This document shows positions 8,588 to 17,651 of a stretch of DNA of 64,000 nucleotides, in pieces. The first letter of the stretch is position 1. The number at the start of each line of letters is the position of its first letter. The notes beneath the pieces were generated by a model, which was not told the DNA's origin, searched no databases, and saw only the letters and a list, made by a program, of their open reading frames with translations. This DNA comes from a virus (lineage: Duplodnaviria; Caudoviricetes), in IMG/VR virus record IMGVR_UViG_3300044796_000401; one strand, given 5' to 3'. A program made the position numbers and the translations under genes.

Positions 8588-8825
8588 AACGCCCGGCAAG
8601 GTCATCCTGATCCCCAAGAACATTTGGGACACAACATTGGCGGAGAAACGCAAGCAGCAGCGCAAGGCGTTTGACAACAACAAGCCGCAAGAGCCGCTCA
8701 AGGTCCCGCCGAGGGCGGAGCCTGAGCAAAAAAAGTTTAGCAAGCCCGTGCCTTACGCAGCGCCGGATGGTCCGCAGTTTAGACAGCCGCCGCCGCGAAA
8801 ACGGTTCGGGCTGCTGAAGAAGTAA
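8574..8825 (+). CDS. Basic Pro/Lys-rich hypothetical protein
   Basis: GGAGGAAG upstream; overlaps the previous stop and fills the gap before the RAMP gene. Confidence 0.5.
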   Translation: MAFPKTPGKVILIPKNIWDTTLAEKRKQQRKAFDNNKPQEPLKVPPRAEPEQKKFSKPVPYAAPDGPQFRQPPPRKRFGLLKK

Positions 8826-8847
8826 ATCTGACACGAAAAGAGGATGT

Positions 8848-9423
8848 ATGAAATACATAGTTGAAGTAAAGGGGATGGAAGGCTCCAGCCTTCTGTTCGG
8901 CAAGCACATCGAGTCCCCGAAACGAGATGGAGAAAACGAAGGAGCCTATGAAGACCGCGTATGGCGGGAACGCCTACACGTCGATTCCGAGGGCTTCGTT
9001 GTTTTCCCGGTCGAGGGTTTCAAGCGCTCGCTTGAAACCGGAGCCAAGGGAAAGAAAACCGGAAACGGCAGGCAGACTCTCACCGACTCGTTCCTCAAGG
9101 CGGTCGTGAGCAACAATGCCTTTGCCCAGATTCTCACCCCTAAGGGCAAGCCGATCAAGGCGGATAGCGTGGAACACCTCTGCTTGTTCGTTCCCAGCAA
9201 GGGCGAACGGAACGGCCCCAAGCGGGTCGCCAAGAACTTCCCGTGCATCCCTGAGTGGAAGGCGGCATTTCCCTTGACCGTGCTTCTCGACGACCTCATC
9301 ACCATGGACGCCATCAAGCGGGTTGTTCCCGATGCTGGGCTGCTTGAGGGCATCGGCTCCATGCGTGCCGGGAACGGCAACAATAACGGACGATACGAAC
9401 TCGTTTCCATCCGCAAGGCGTAA
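8848..9423 (+). CDS. Solo RAMP/Cas7-like RNA-binding protein (Vipr-like effector)
   Basis: VVFPVEGFKRSL resembles the Cas7/Csm3 'IP..SLKG' motif. C-terminal G-rich loop AGLLEGIGSMRAGNGNNNGRY. 191 aa; abuts the repeat array. Confidence 0.75.
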   Translation: MKYIVEVKGMEGSSLLFGKHIESPKRDGENEGAYEDRVWRERLHVDSEGFVVFPVEGFKRSLETGAKGKKTGNGRQTLTDSFLKAVVSNNAFAQILTPKGKPIKADSVEHLCLFVPSKGERNGPKRVAKNFPCIPEWKAAFPLTVLLDDLITMDAIKRVVPDAGLLEGIGSMRAGNGNNNGRYELVSIRKA

Positions 9424-9430
9424 ATCTGAC

Positions 9431-10236
9431 GAGACCAGAAGCAGGGACTTTCGAGCCTCTGCTCCTGCTCTCAAGGCAGGAATCCGATCCGATCTGATGG
9501 GATACGACATGACAAGATGCGACTGGAACCGATATGATGCGACATGCTGAGATTAGAGGCAAGGGGCTTCGGCCCTTTGCTCCTGCTCTCAAAGGCAGGA
9601 CTTAGACCTGACCCGATAAAATACGATGTGATATGACCCGGTGGGACGTGACAAGACCCGACACGTTGAGATTCGAGGCAAGGGGCTTCGGCCTTTTGCT
9701 CCTGCTCTCAAGGCAGGCTGTGATTAGATAAGATATGATGGGACGTGACGGGACGTAACTTGACGCGCCAAGCTGAGATTCGAAGCAAGGGGCTTCGGCC
9801 CTTTGCTCCTGCTCTCAAGGCAGGCTGAGATAAGATGCGACGTAACAGGGTGTGATGTGACGTGATTTGTTAAGACGTGGCGGGACATGGCGAGACCAGA
9901 GGCAAGGGGCTTCGGCCCTTTGCTCCTGCTCTCAAAGCAGGAATCGTTAAGATAAGAATAGATGCGGCGCGATGCGATTCGATTGGATTGGAAGGGATTG
10001 GTTCTGATAGGTTGAGTTCAGAAGCAAGGGGCTTCGGCTCTTTGCTCCTGCTCTCAAAGGCAGGATGCGATTTGATTTGATTCGATTGGATTGGACAGGA
10101 TTGGACACGATGGGACCAGACATGTTGAGACCTGAAGCAAGGGCTTTCGAGCCTTTGCTCCTGCTCTCACGGATGGGATGCGATGTGATGGGACATGACG
10201 TGATGGGACTGGATAAGACGCGCTGAGACGAGACAC
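9431..10236 (+). ncRNA. Array of 7 structured ~50-nt repeats alternating with GAY-NN pentamer tracts (putative gapped guide RNAs)
   Basis: Repeat consensus TGAGA-N3/4-GARGCAAGGGGCTTCGGCCCTTTGCTCCTGCTCTCAA(A)GGCAGG at about 9431, 9548, 9666, 9774, 9892, 10012 and 10125. Intervening tracts parse as 5-mers, e.g. GATCC GATCT GATGG GATAC GACAT GACAA GATGC GACTG. Confidence 0.85.
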
Positions 10237-10243
10237 GAAAAAG

Positions 10244-10267
10244 GAGCCCAGAAATGGGCTCTTTTTT
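10244..10267 (+). terminator. Rho-independent terminator ending the array
   Basis: GAGCCCA-GAAA-TGGGCTC followed by TTTTTT. Confidence 0.85.
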
Positions 10268-10583
10268 GTTTTCCCAGTATTGTATCCCGAAGCGGAGACG
10301 CACAACGACGGATGCAGTGCGTGTCGATCCTCCATCGCCGGGAAGGAAAGATGATAAGCCTGAGATTCAAGTACTTGTTCCTCATCTGCCCCAACGGGTG
10401 CTACGCACGGGAGTTGCGCGCCATCGGCGGTAGGGCGGCATGCGCCAAATGCGGTTATTGGCTGCTCGTGCTCACGATTGACGACCTGCGGAAGAACGGT
10501 CCCCGGAAGGGGAAGATATGGACGAAGGTGAATCCGCTGTGGACCGGGGGAAAGTGCGAATAGCGTTTGCGGGGGACAGGCGC

Positions 10584-10868
10584 ATGTCGCGCCAAAAACG
10601 GTCCATCAAAAACCGCAGAGTAAGCTGGCACGCCATCACCGTGCCGATGGGCGGGCGGACCTCAAAGGTTATCTACGTTACTGACAAGCAGCTTGCCCGG
10701 CTCAACGCCGTCCCGGTCGGCAAGGAAGTGTTCCTGAGCAACGCCTACTGCATGATCGGCAGCGGCTGGGTGATCCGCACCGTGGACGGGTTGCAACACA
10801 TGCCGTTCCCGAGCGGCGCGAGCAGGGACGAGGACGTTTGCCTGCTGGAAAATATGATGAAGGATTAG
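10584..10868 (+). CDS. Hypothetical protein
   Basis: ORF with GGGGA upstream, in a run of + strand genes. Confidence 0.45.
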   Translation: MSRQKRSIKNRRVSWHAITVPMGGRTSKVIYVTDKQLARLNAVPVGKEVFLSNAYCMIGSGWVIRTVDGLQHMPFPSGASRDEDVCLLENMMKD

Positions 10869-10924
10869 CCGTATCCTTTTGACTGCGTTGCAAGCCCTTT
10901 GCTTTTAATACAATACAGTAGAGG

Positions 10925-10953
10925 TAGTTAGAATCGCCCGGCCCCTGTATACT
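10925..10953 (+). promoter_or_regulatory. Promoter TAGTTA-17-TATACT
   Basis: TAGTTAGAATCGCCCGGCCCCTGTATACT. Confidence 0.65.
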
Positions 10954-11000
10954 ATTGTGGAAGTCAACCCACTTTCCCTTCACGGGTACGGAGGCCGTAA

Positions 11001-11552
11001 ATGAAAGACATAGTAGCAGTTCATGAAGCGGGTCATGCGGTCGTTGCCGCTTTATTGCATTTGCCGTTCGAATACGTTGAAATCTATGACGAAGCCGTTC
11101 CCCTTGAAGATGGATATGTAGGCGGACAAGTTTGCTTGAAATTTTCCCATCCGAAGACCGTCAGATGTTTTGTTAGGAGAGGAGAGGAGTATATTCCCAG
11201 AACAGAAGATGATCTTCGCAAGGCATACGCCAAAAAAGCCAAAAAATACATCGTTATGTATTTTGCCGGAATGGCAGCGGTTCGTCACTTCCCGGCGGTA
11301 TCGGAGGCGGAAATTTTGGAGGGGGGAACCAAGGATTTGGAGCAGATCAGGGATTGGAAAGCCGATGCGGGGCTTACGGACTTGGACGTGGAGCAATGCA
11401 AGCGGAAAGCGGAATCCTTGGTCCACAAACACTTTTTGGGCATTGGATGGGTTGCAAAGCTTCTGGCGGAGAAAAAACGGCTTACAAGCCGGGAAGTTCG
11501 GAAGAACATTTTGATGTGTTGGAACACGAGGAATTCGGCACGCTGGAGTTGA
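11001..11552 (+). CDS. Stand-alone M41 (FtsH-like) metallopeptidase domain
   Basis: VAVHEAGHAVVA, ...AGMAA, G..KDL motifs; GGAGG RBS. Confidence 0.75.
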   Translation: MKDIVAVHEAGHAVVAALLHLPFEYVEIYDEAVPLEDGYVGGQVCLKFSHPKTVRCFVRRGEEYIPRTEDDLRKAYAKKAKKYIVMYFAGMAAVRHFPAVSEAEILEGGTKDLEQIRDWKADAGLTDLDVEQCKRKAESLVHKHFLGIGWVAKLLAEKKRLTSREVRKNILMCWNTRNSARWS

Positions 11553-11715
11553 TCAGCAAGCTTTCCGACGCCGTGCGGAACACCGTTCGCTGCGGCCTCA
11601 CGGCGGGCACGTCGGTGGCCGTGATCGGCAAGCAGGGCGCGGCCCTCGACGACGTTTACACGAAGGATTACCCCGCTGTTTTGTTTGTCAACGTGTATCC
11701 CGAGGAAAAGAAGAA

Positions 11716-12159
11716 ATGACAGAGAAGCGCATCTACGTGGTGATCGCCGAGACGGTGGATACGCCGTTGGGCGTCGTGCATCAAGTCCCCGGTCGCATGG
11801 CGGCGCAGGGCGGGCACGCCCTCAGCCGCATGAAGATGCGCCGCCTGATCGAGGATATGCGCAGCAAGAGGCATCCCCGCACTTTCGAGCGCCTGGAAGC
11901 ATTGGCGGACGAGAAGATCACCACGATCTGGAAGTCCTGCCGGGACAGCCGGGAACTTGAGCACATCCACCGCCTGCTCGCCAAGGCGAGGATCAAGCAC
12001 TGCGATTTCGAGGACGAGAACGACGAGGTTTACGGCACTTACGACGACGGTGCGGGCTGCCATCCGCGCACGGCGCTGGCGACGGTGCCTGTTTATCCCG
12101 AGCAGGTGATCGACATCGCTGATTACTTGCCGCTTTGGAAACCAAAAGGAGACGATTGA
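11716..12159 (+). CDS. Peptidyl-tRNA hydrolase PTH2-like protein
   Basis: YVVI..., GRMAAQGGHA, TTI, D..., T.LA..P pattern of the PTH2 family. Confidence 0.65.
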   Translation: MTEKRIYVVIAETVDTPLGVVHQVPGRMAAQGGHALSRMKMRRLIEDMRSKRHPRTFERLEALADEKITTIWKSCRDSRELEHIHRLLAKARIKHCDFEDENDEVYGTYDDGAGCHPRTALATVPVYPEQVIDIADYLPLWKPKGDD

Positions 12160-12181
12160 CAATGAAATTCCTGTTTGCAGG

Positions 12182-12211
12182 TAGCTAAAATCCCCCGGCC
12201 CGATGTATACT
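12182..12211 (+). promoter_or_regulatory. Promoter TAGCTA-18-TATACT, ATG 6 nt downstream
   Basis: TAGCTAAAATCCCCCGGCCCGATGTATACT-AGGGGC-ATG. Confidence 0.7.
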
Positions 12212-12217
12212 AGGGGC

Positions 12218-12478
12218 ATGAACACGAACTCCGCTTTGGTTGTTCGAATCCCGGCAGGGACCATAACCCTGCCCGACAACGACCAGTGGACCAACCGCTT
12301 CGAAATCCACTCCTCGTCCTCAAACCGTGTTTATATCATCGCACAGAATAAGTCTGGTCGGTTCTGGGGGTGTTCATGTTTTGGGTGGGTACGCCACGAG
12401 CATTGCCGCCATCTGGACTCTCTCGGACTCCCCGGCGATCACCAGCCGCGTGAAGCCCGTTTGACGGGGGGCAAGTAA
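12218..12478 (+). CDS. SWIM zinc finger protein, likely leaderless
   Basis: CSC.GW..H.HCRHL. Confidence 0.6.
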   Translation: MNTNSALVVRIPAGTITLPDNDQWTNRFEIHSSSSNRVYIIAQNKSGRFWGCSCFGWVRHEHCRHLDSLGLPGDHQPREARLTGGK

Positions 12479-12879
12479 TGGCTCGCCGCTCCGCCAATCC
12501 GAAGCCGAAGCGCACATTCGCCGACATTGATGCGGCTCGGAAACGTTACAATCCCGAAGCCGAAGGCTACGGCAACCCGTCCGAGTGGCGCGGGGCTTTC
12601 TACCAGCGCATGGGATTCGAGGAAGCGCAGCGGGTAAAGGAAGAAGCACAAGCCGCTGGCAAATGGCGCTCGGAATATCGTATAATCGGTGATATGGCTG
12701 GCGTCGTCCTCGGCGAGAACAGCACATGGGGCGAGATCAAGGCGGCTTTCCGCAAGGCGGCGCTGAACTGCCATCCCGACCGAGCGAAGGGCAACGGGAT
12801 GTCCGAGGAGACCGCCAAAGTGAAATTCCAAGAAGTGCAGGCCGCTTACACCATCCTGGCGGAAAGGTACGGAGAATAA
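12478..12879 (+). CDS. J-domain (DnaJ-like) protein
   Basis: EIKAAFRKAALNCHPDR...KFQEVQAAYTIL. Confidence 0.85.
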   Translation: MARRSANPKPKRTFADIDAARKRYNPEAEGYGNPSEWRGAFYQRMGFEEAQRVKEEAQAAGKWRSEYRIIGDMAGVVLGENSTWGEIKAAFRKAALNCHPDRAKGNGMSEETAKVKFQEVQAAYTILAERYGE

Positions 12880-13147
12880 AGCCATGAGCAAAATTCCCTC
12901 GACGCCATGCTTGCTCTGCAACCAGCCTGTGACGCTGGCGATGCGGCAAAAGTTTACGCCGTGCCCCAAAAGCAAGGATGGCAAAAGCGGACACGCTTTG
13001 GTTCGCTCCCCGGATTCGCTCGGGAAGATCATGCCGAAGAGGGGGCGCTAACATGCACGTTTTACTTTTCTTGGCGCTGCTTTGGATTGCATACAAGATC
13101 GGTCAGAGTAACAGCCAGCACAGATAAATCGCATCGAGGAGAGTGTC

Positions 13148-13669
13148 ATGAGAAAGAGAAACAGGGCAATGTTCGAGGAGCCGACGGTCGAAGTCGTGGA
13201 CACGCGCGTGGTTGCGAATGGGGTGATCGTGCCCAAGAATAGATGCGCCGAGCACGCTTATACGCCGGTGCTGAATGATGCGCCGTGGTTCACGGTGCTG
13301 CTGGTCCACCCGGACCCGGCAAAGCCGACCGACATAAAGGCGACCAGACTCTTCCATACTTCGGATTACAAGCAGGCTTGCAGGGAGGCCACCAAATTCG
13401 CGAGCCAGCATCCGTGCGACAAGTTTGTTCCCGTCTCCCGCATGGGCTGGCCGCCCAGCGCAGCGTGGAGTTCAGAGCACAAGCACATGGCCGTGTATGT
13501 GACCGTGGACGAGGAACGCAGCACGGAGCCATACGTCAAGGCCACGCAAGCCACGCTGCTGCGCAGGTGCCGCGGACTGCACCAGATCGTGTTCCGGCTA
13601 GGCTCAAACGGCCACATGGTTGGCGAACCCAGCGCCGTCTCGGACGAACACAAGTTCAGGCTTATTTGA
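13148..13669 (+). CDS. Hypothetical protein
   Basis: GAGGAG RBS; 173-aa ORF. Confidence 0.5.
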   Translation: MRKRNRAMFEEPTVEVVDTRVVANGVIVPKNRCAEHAYTPVLNDAPWFTVLLVHPDPAKPTDIKATRLFHTSDYKQACREATKFASQHPCDKFVPVSRMGWPPSAAWSSEHKHMAVYVTVDEERSTEPYVKATQATLLRRCRGLHQIVFRLGSNGHMVGEPSAVSDEHKFRLI

Positions 13670-14140
13670 AATCCCCCAGTTCGGGGGCACAAGGAGAAGC
13701 AAATGATCCATCTCGGAACCGACAACGAATCGCAGGACGCCAAGAACTACCCGGTGCTCCATCGCCGGACGGACCACATCGTCACGCTCTCGAACATCGA
13801 GGCGGACGTGAGGAAGAACAGGAACAGCTACGGCGCGGCCGTGGTGCAGACGGTAAGCAGGCGGATGGCGCGGACCGTCTCCGTCATCCGGCGCGACCTG
13901 AATTCCACCAAACGCCAAGAACGCCGCCGCAACTGAGGACCCATGAAAACCGCGCCGGAAAAAGCCATGCTGCGAATCATCTGGCTCATGCTGTGTTCCT
14001 TGGCGCTGGTCTGGGCGTGCGACCGCGCTGCCTGGTTCATCTTCTGGGAACCAGCCCTCCCAGTCTTGCTCATGGCGTATCTCCTGCTGCTCTACGCCGG
14101 GTTCAAGCTGATAAACAAACTCCATTACGGTGGGTGCTAA

Positions 14141-15019
14141 ATGCCGATCAAGGGGGAAAATGCGTGGAAATTCGCCGCGTCGATCCTGCTGTTCCTGTCG
14201 GGTGTCGGCCCCGCTTTCGGGCAAGCGGAAATGAAGAGCTTTCTGTTCCTGCAGAACGATTATCCCGTGTTCATCTCGACCGACGGAAAAAAGCTCAACG
14301 AGCAGATCATGTATCTGTCCGCCGACGACGAGTATGTCCGCTTGCACTACACGTTCTGCGAGACCGCCAAGGAAGCGCCCGCCCTCAACGCATCGAGGGA
14401 ATTGAACAAGGCCGCCGTGTACGGCGGGCATTGCGACTACCAGATTCTTTCGGCTCCCGTAGGCGACCTGACCAATGTGTCGCTGCTATGTTCGGTCAGG
14501 ACCGGGGAGATCATCGCCGCCAGCAGCCCCGAGGGCGTCTCCGGCTTGTCGCAAGCGGTCGATTGGTCCCCGATGAAGAAGACTCCCGCCGAATGCCCCG
14601 TTGTCGGAACCGGCTGGAACGGCTTCTTTGCCATCCGTGCGCCGGAGCCGATCGCCAGGATGCCTTTGGCATTCAACGGTTCCGACCTGATAACCGCCGG
14701 ATGGGTGAACGGCAAGCTGGCATTCCTGAGCTTGGACACCGGCGCTAGCTCCATCGCCCTCAACTTTTCCTCTTTCTCCATCCCCGTTTCCGGCACCAAG
14801 GAAGTGACCCTCGGCGACGGGAGCGCCACGACGCTCTCCACCGGGAGCGCTTCCTTCTGCTATGTCGGCACGCTGTGCTCCACCGTGGCTGTCGATGACA
14901 TACCCGCCAAGGCGGAACCGCTGCTCGGGCTGTCCTTCCTCGGGCTTTTCGACAAGGTGACGATCAACATGACGGACCATACTCTCGACTTGATTGTCAA
15001 GAAAAAAGCGGCAGAGTAG
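14141..15019 (+). CDS. Secreted retropepsin-like (clan AA) aspartyl protease
   Basis: Signal peptide; LDTGASS catalytic motif and LLGLSFL flap-end motif. Confidence 0.75.
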   Translation: MPIKGENAWKFAASILLFLSGVGPAFGQAEMKSFLFLQNDYPVFISTDGKKLNEQIMYLSADDEYVRLHYTFCETAKEAPALNASRELNKAAVYGGHCDYQILSAPVGDLTNVSLLCSVRTGEIIAASSPEGVSGLSQAVDWSPMKKTPAECPVVGTGWNGFFAIRAPEPIARMPLAFNGSDLITAGWVNGKLAFLSLDTGASSIALNFSSFSIPVSGTKEVTLGDGSATTLSTGSASFCYVGTLCSTVAVDDIPAKAEPLLGLSFLGLFDKVTINMTDHTLDLIVKKKAAE

Positions 15020-15056
15020 GGTATAATGTATGGAGAGGCTGCGAACGCCACAAACC

Positions 15057-15182
15057 ATGAAAGGCTCCCGAGGCAATGAGGCGGTAAAGGTTGTCGTGAT
15101 CGAGGCGGTCATTTTCGTCGTCTCGGCATTCGGCATCATCATGTGGTGCCGCCACCTGCTGCGCACGGCGATACGACCGTGA
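15057..15182 (+). CDS. Small single-TM protein (41 aa, not in ORF track)
   Basis: MKGSRGNEAVKVVVIEAVIFVVSAFGIIMWCRHLLRTAIRP; TATAAT at 15022-15027. Confidence 0.4.
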   Translation: MKGSRGNEAVKVVVIEAVIFVVSAFGIIMWCRHLLRTAIRP

Positions 15183-15374
15183 CCCCGGTTAAATGCAAGA
15201 GCCGTGGTAAGAACCACGGTCCTACAGCTACAGGCAAAGTAAAAGACTGCCCCTATCGGACAAAGAAACTTCGGCGCAGGCGAAACCGCAATGCTTAAAC
15301 GAGTTCTAGTCACATCCGAGCCCCTGCCCCAAAGATGGCTGCACACCGTCGTCAGCGGTCTGTGCGGGAGAGAC

Positions 15375-15548
15375 TTAGGGGTTAATCGGAAATTTCAACG
15401 TAATTAAACGCCACGGGCCTTTTCGGATGAGGTTGCCTTCAAGATCGAATTGTCCGCTTGATTTGCCGCACTTGCAGCTTCTTACCCCCCGGCGTCTTAA
15501 CTTCACAACATCATGGCATTTTAGGCAATTCAACAACTTTATCGGCAT
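15375..15548 (-). CDS. Small Zn-finger protein (57 aa, not in ORF track)
   Basis: MPIKLLNCLKCHDVVKL...SCKCGKSSG. Confidence 0.5.
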   Translation of the reverse strand: MPIKLLNCLKCHDVVKLRRRGVRSCKCGKSSGQFDLEGNLIRKGPWRLITLKFPINP

Positions 15549-15557
15549 AGTTGTATC

Positions 15558-16049
15558 TTAACGCGTGCACCGCGATTGTGGAAGATCGCGAACAATTAGA
15601 TGTTTCTTTTTAAGATACGCGATAGCCTTGTATAAAAGCTCCACGTTATCTTGAAACAAGCCAAGGGCTCGATTATGCGCGTCACATAACAAGCCGCGTA
15701 TCTCGTCCGTCTCATGGTCGTGATCTACGGACAGTCTACGATTCTTTTTGGGAGGACGACCGCAAAGGGCGCAACCTCCTCCTTGCTCTTCGGAAAGTCG
15801 TTGATATAGCGTCTCTGAAATTCCGTGTCTCAAGCGAAGATCGGTTTTTCTTTGTGCCTGTTTTACGGCTTCTGGATGTGTTTTACACCATTGTCTATAG
15901 CGATCATTATCGCACGACTTACAATAAGCACGTAAGTATCCGTTTTTTCTGACGCCGAATTCGGCTATAAGTTTTGGGAGTGTACAAATGGGGCACCGTT
16001 TCGTTTCTATCGGTCGTTTATGACATCGTTTTGTTGGTTGTGCAGTCAT
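15558..16049 (-). CDS. Endonuclease VII-type HNH endonuclease
   Basis: CALCG...LSVDHDHETDEIRGLLCDAHNRALG..DN...KAIAYL. Confidence 0.85.
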   Translation of the reverse strand: MTAQPTKRCHKRPIETKRCPICTLPKLIAEFGVRKNGYLRAYCKSCDNDRYRQWCKTHPEAVKQAQRKTDLRLRHGISETLYQRLSEEQGGGCALCGRPPKKNRRLSVDHDHETDEIRGLLCDAHNRALGLFQDNVELLYKAIAYLKKKHLIVRDLPQSRCTR

Positions 16050-16093
16050 ACTAGATAGAGCAAAAGTCGAAACATTGTAACTGACAAACGGGC

Positions 16094-16122
16094 TTGCTAA
16101 GTTCCTGCCAGTTTGCTATTCT
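16094..16122 (+). promoter_or_regulatory. Promoter TTGCTA-17-TATTCT, ATG 6 nt downstream (16129)
   Basis: Directly read. Confidence 0.55.
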
Positions 16123-16941
16123 AGTCCCATGAAAAAGCCCCGGATAGAATTGGCACCGACGCAACAACTGGACGCCCGCCAGCCGACGCTGGACCGCTTC
16201 CTTGAGCAGTTCAAGAAGGCGACGAGGATCAAGCCCCTGCTGGTGACCGACGAGAGCCGCCTCAGCGACTTCGGGCTGGACGAGAAGGACTTGGAGAAGC
16301 TGCAAAAGCGCCTCGGATTCCCCGTTGAGCGCACGGCGCTGATCGTGGACATTGTGATGTTGATGGAAGCGAAGGAAGGAAGGGTCCAATGAGACGGGGG
16401 CAAAGCCCGAAGCTGGTGGCGCTGGATACTGCCATCAATGGAAGCTTCGACTGGTCGAATTTCGGTGTGGTGGCGCTGGTCGCAAAAGTCGAGGAGCGCC
16501 TCCCGAATTTCCAGCGCGAGATTCCCCTAACGGAGGGCGAATAATGACACAGGCCGTGGTCAGCGTCCGGCGGGACGGCAAGGTGGTGATGAAGCTGGTT
16601 TGCGGCTGCTGCGGCACAGAGGCGCGAACTCTGGCGGCGGCACTCAGGGCACTGGGGCGGGTGCCGACCCTCCCAGAAGCGCTGCAAATGGCGGCAAATG
16701 CCCGTTACGGGTGCCCGGCGTGCATCGCCGCAGTCACGCCGGAGTTGACCTGCCTCCCGGACGGGGAGTACCGGGACGAAACCGAGTACCCGTGGCTTAT
16801 GTTCTACCGGACGACATTCGACGATCCGAATTTCAATCCCCGCTGGGCTCTGGGCACAGCCGACTACGTGGAAATCGTTGACTTCTGACCTCAAGTTATT
16901 TTTAAGTCGTTGAAAATCAACAGGTTATAGGAACGGAAAAC

Positions 16942-16970
16942 TAGCGAAAACCCGCTTTCCGATGTATACT
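16942..16970 (+). promoter_or_regulatory. Promoter TAGCGA-17-TATACT, ATG 6 nt downstream (16977)
   Basis: TAGCGAAAACCCGCTTTCCGATGTATACT-ATAGAC-ATG. Confidence 0.65.
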
Positions 16971-17622
16971 ATAGACATGAAAACCACAAAGACAGCCAAG
17001 ACCATCACCGCCGCCGAACTCAAGTCCCGCGGTTATGTCAAGACCGCCAGCGGTACGTGGGAAAACCCCACTGCCGAAAAGAAGATGCTTGCCGACCTGA
17101 ATTTCAAGCGCCAGTTCGCAGCCGACACCAAAAAGCTTGCTGCCATCGAAACTCGCATGCGCAAGTTTCCCAAGACCAGCGCCGAATACAAAGCCGCCGA
17201 GAAAGAATTCTTCGCTTTCTTCAACTAGCCATGCCCCGTTCCCGCACCGATCTCATACCAATCATCATCAACCCCGAACGGTGGCCGACCCACACCCTAG
17301 AACGTGCGAGAAGTCGCAAAGCCCCTCCCGAATTTTGGGCAGCCCTGAAGTCGTGGGGCAGCGGTGTACCACACGTCGGTTACGGCGAGGAGTGGTACAA
17401 AGAATTTGACCTGTACCATCTGGCGCTTCGCGGCTGGCGGCTAGTGGGGCGAGGGGAAATGCCCACATCCGTCCTCGGTCCCGATGAGAACAAGTACACC
17501 CGAGGCCGCCGATTGGCAACGAACATTGAGCTTGTGGACACCGCGGCGGACTGGCTTGCCGGGCACCCCGAATGGAAAAAGTAGAACCCGTAGCTAACTG
17601 CTTACTTAAAGCGAAACCTCGG

Positions 17623-17651
17623 TAGCCAAAACCCCCGGACTCCTGTATACT
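17623..17651 (+). promoter_or_regulatory. Promoter TAGCCA-17-TATACT, ATG 6 nt downstream (17658)
   Basis: TAGCCAAAACCCCCGGACTCCTGTATACT. Confidence 0.7.

Noticed and set aside
9431-10236. Calling this array a CRISPR array
   Set aside because: Repeats are about 50 nt and degenerate, and the 'spacers' are GAY-NN periodic rather than captured sequence.
9314-10335. ORFs over the pentamer array (9323-9550, 9314-9592, 9877-10080, 9947-10303, 10054-10335)
   Set aside because: They are low-complexity by-products of 5-nt periodicity. Unit lengths do not preserve a frame, and the structured repeats plus terminator indicate RNA.
12242-12263. tRNA-like GTTCGAATCCC...GGGACCA
   Set aside because: No T-stem pairing or cloverleaf; it lies in a coding frame (VVRIPAGT).
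15202-15219. Perfect hairpin CCGTGGT-AAGA-ACCACGG as a ncRNA
   Set aside because: Isolated stem between convergent genes with no further supporting structure; at most a terminator.
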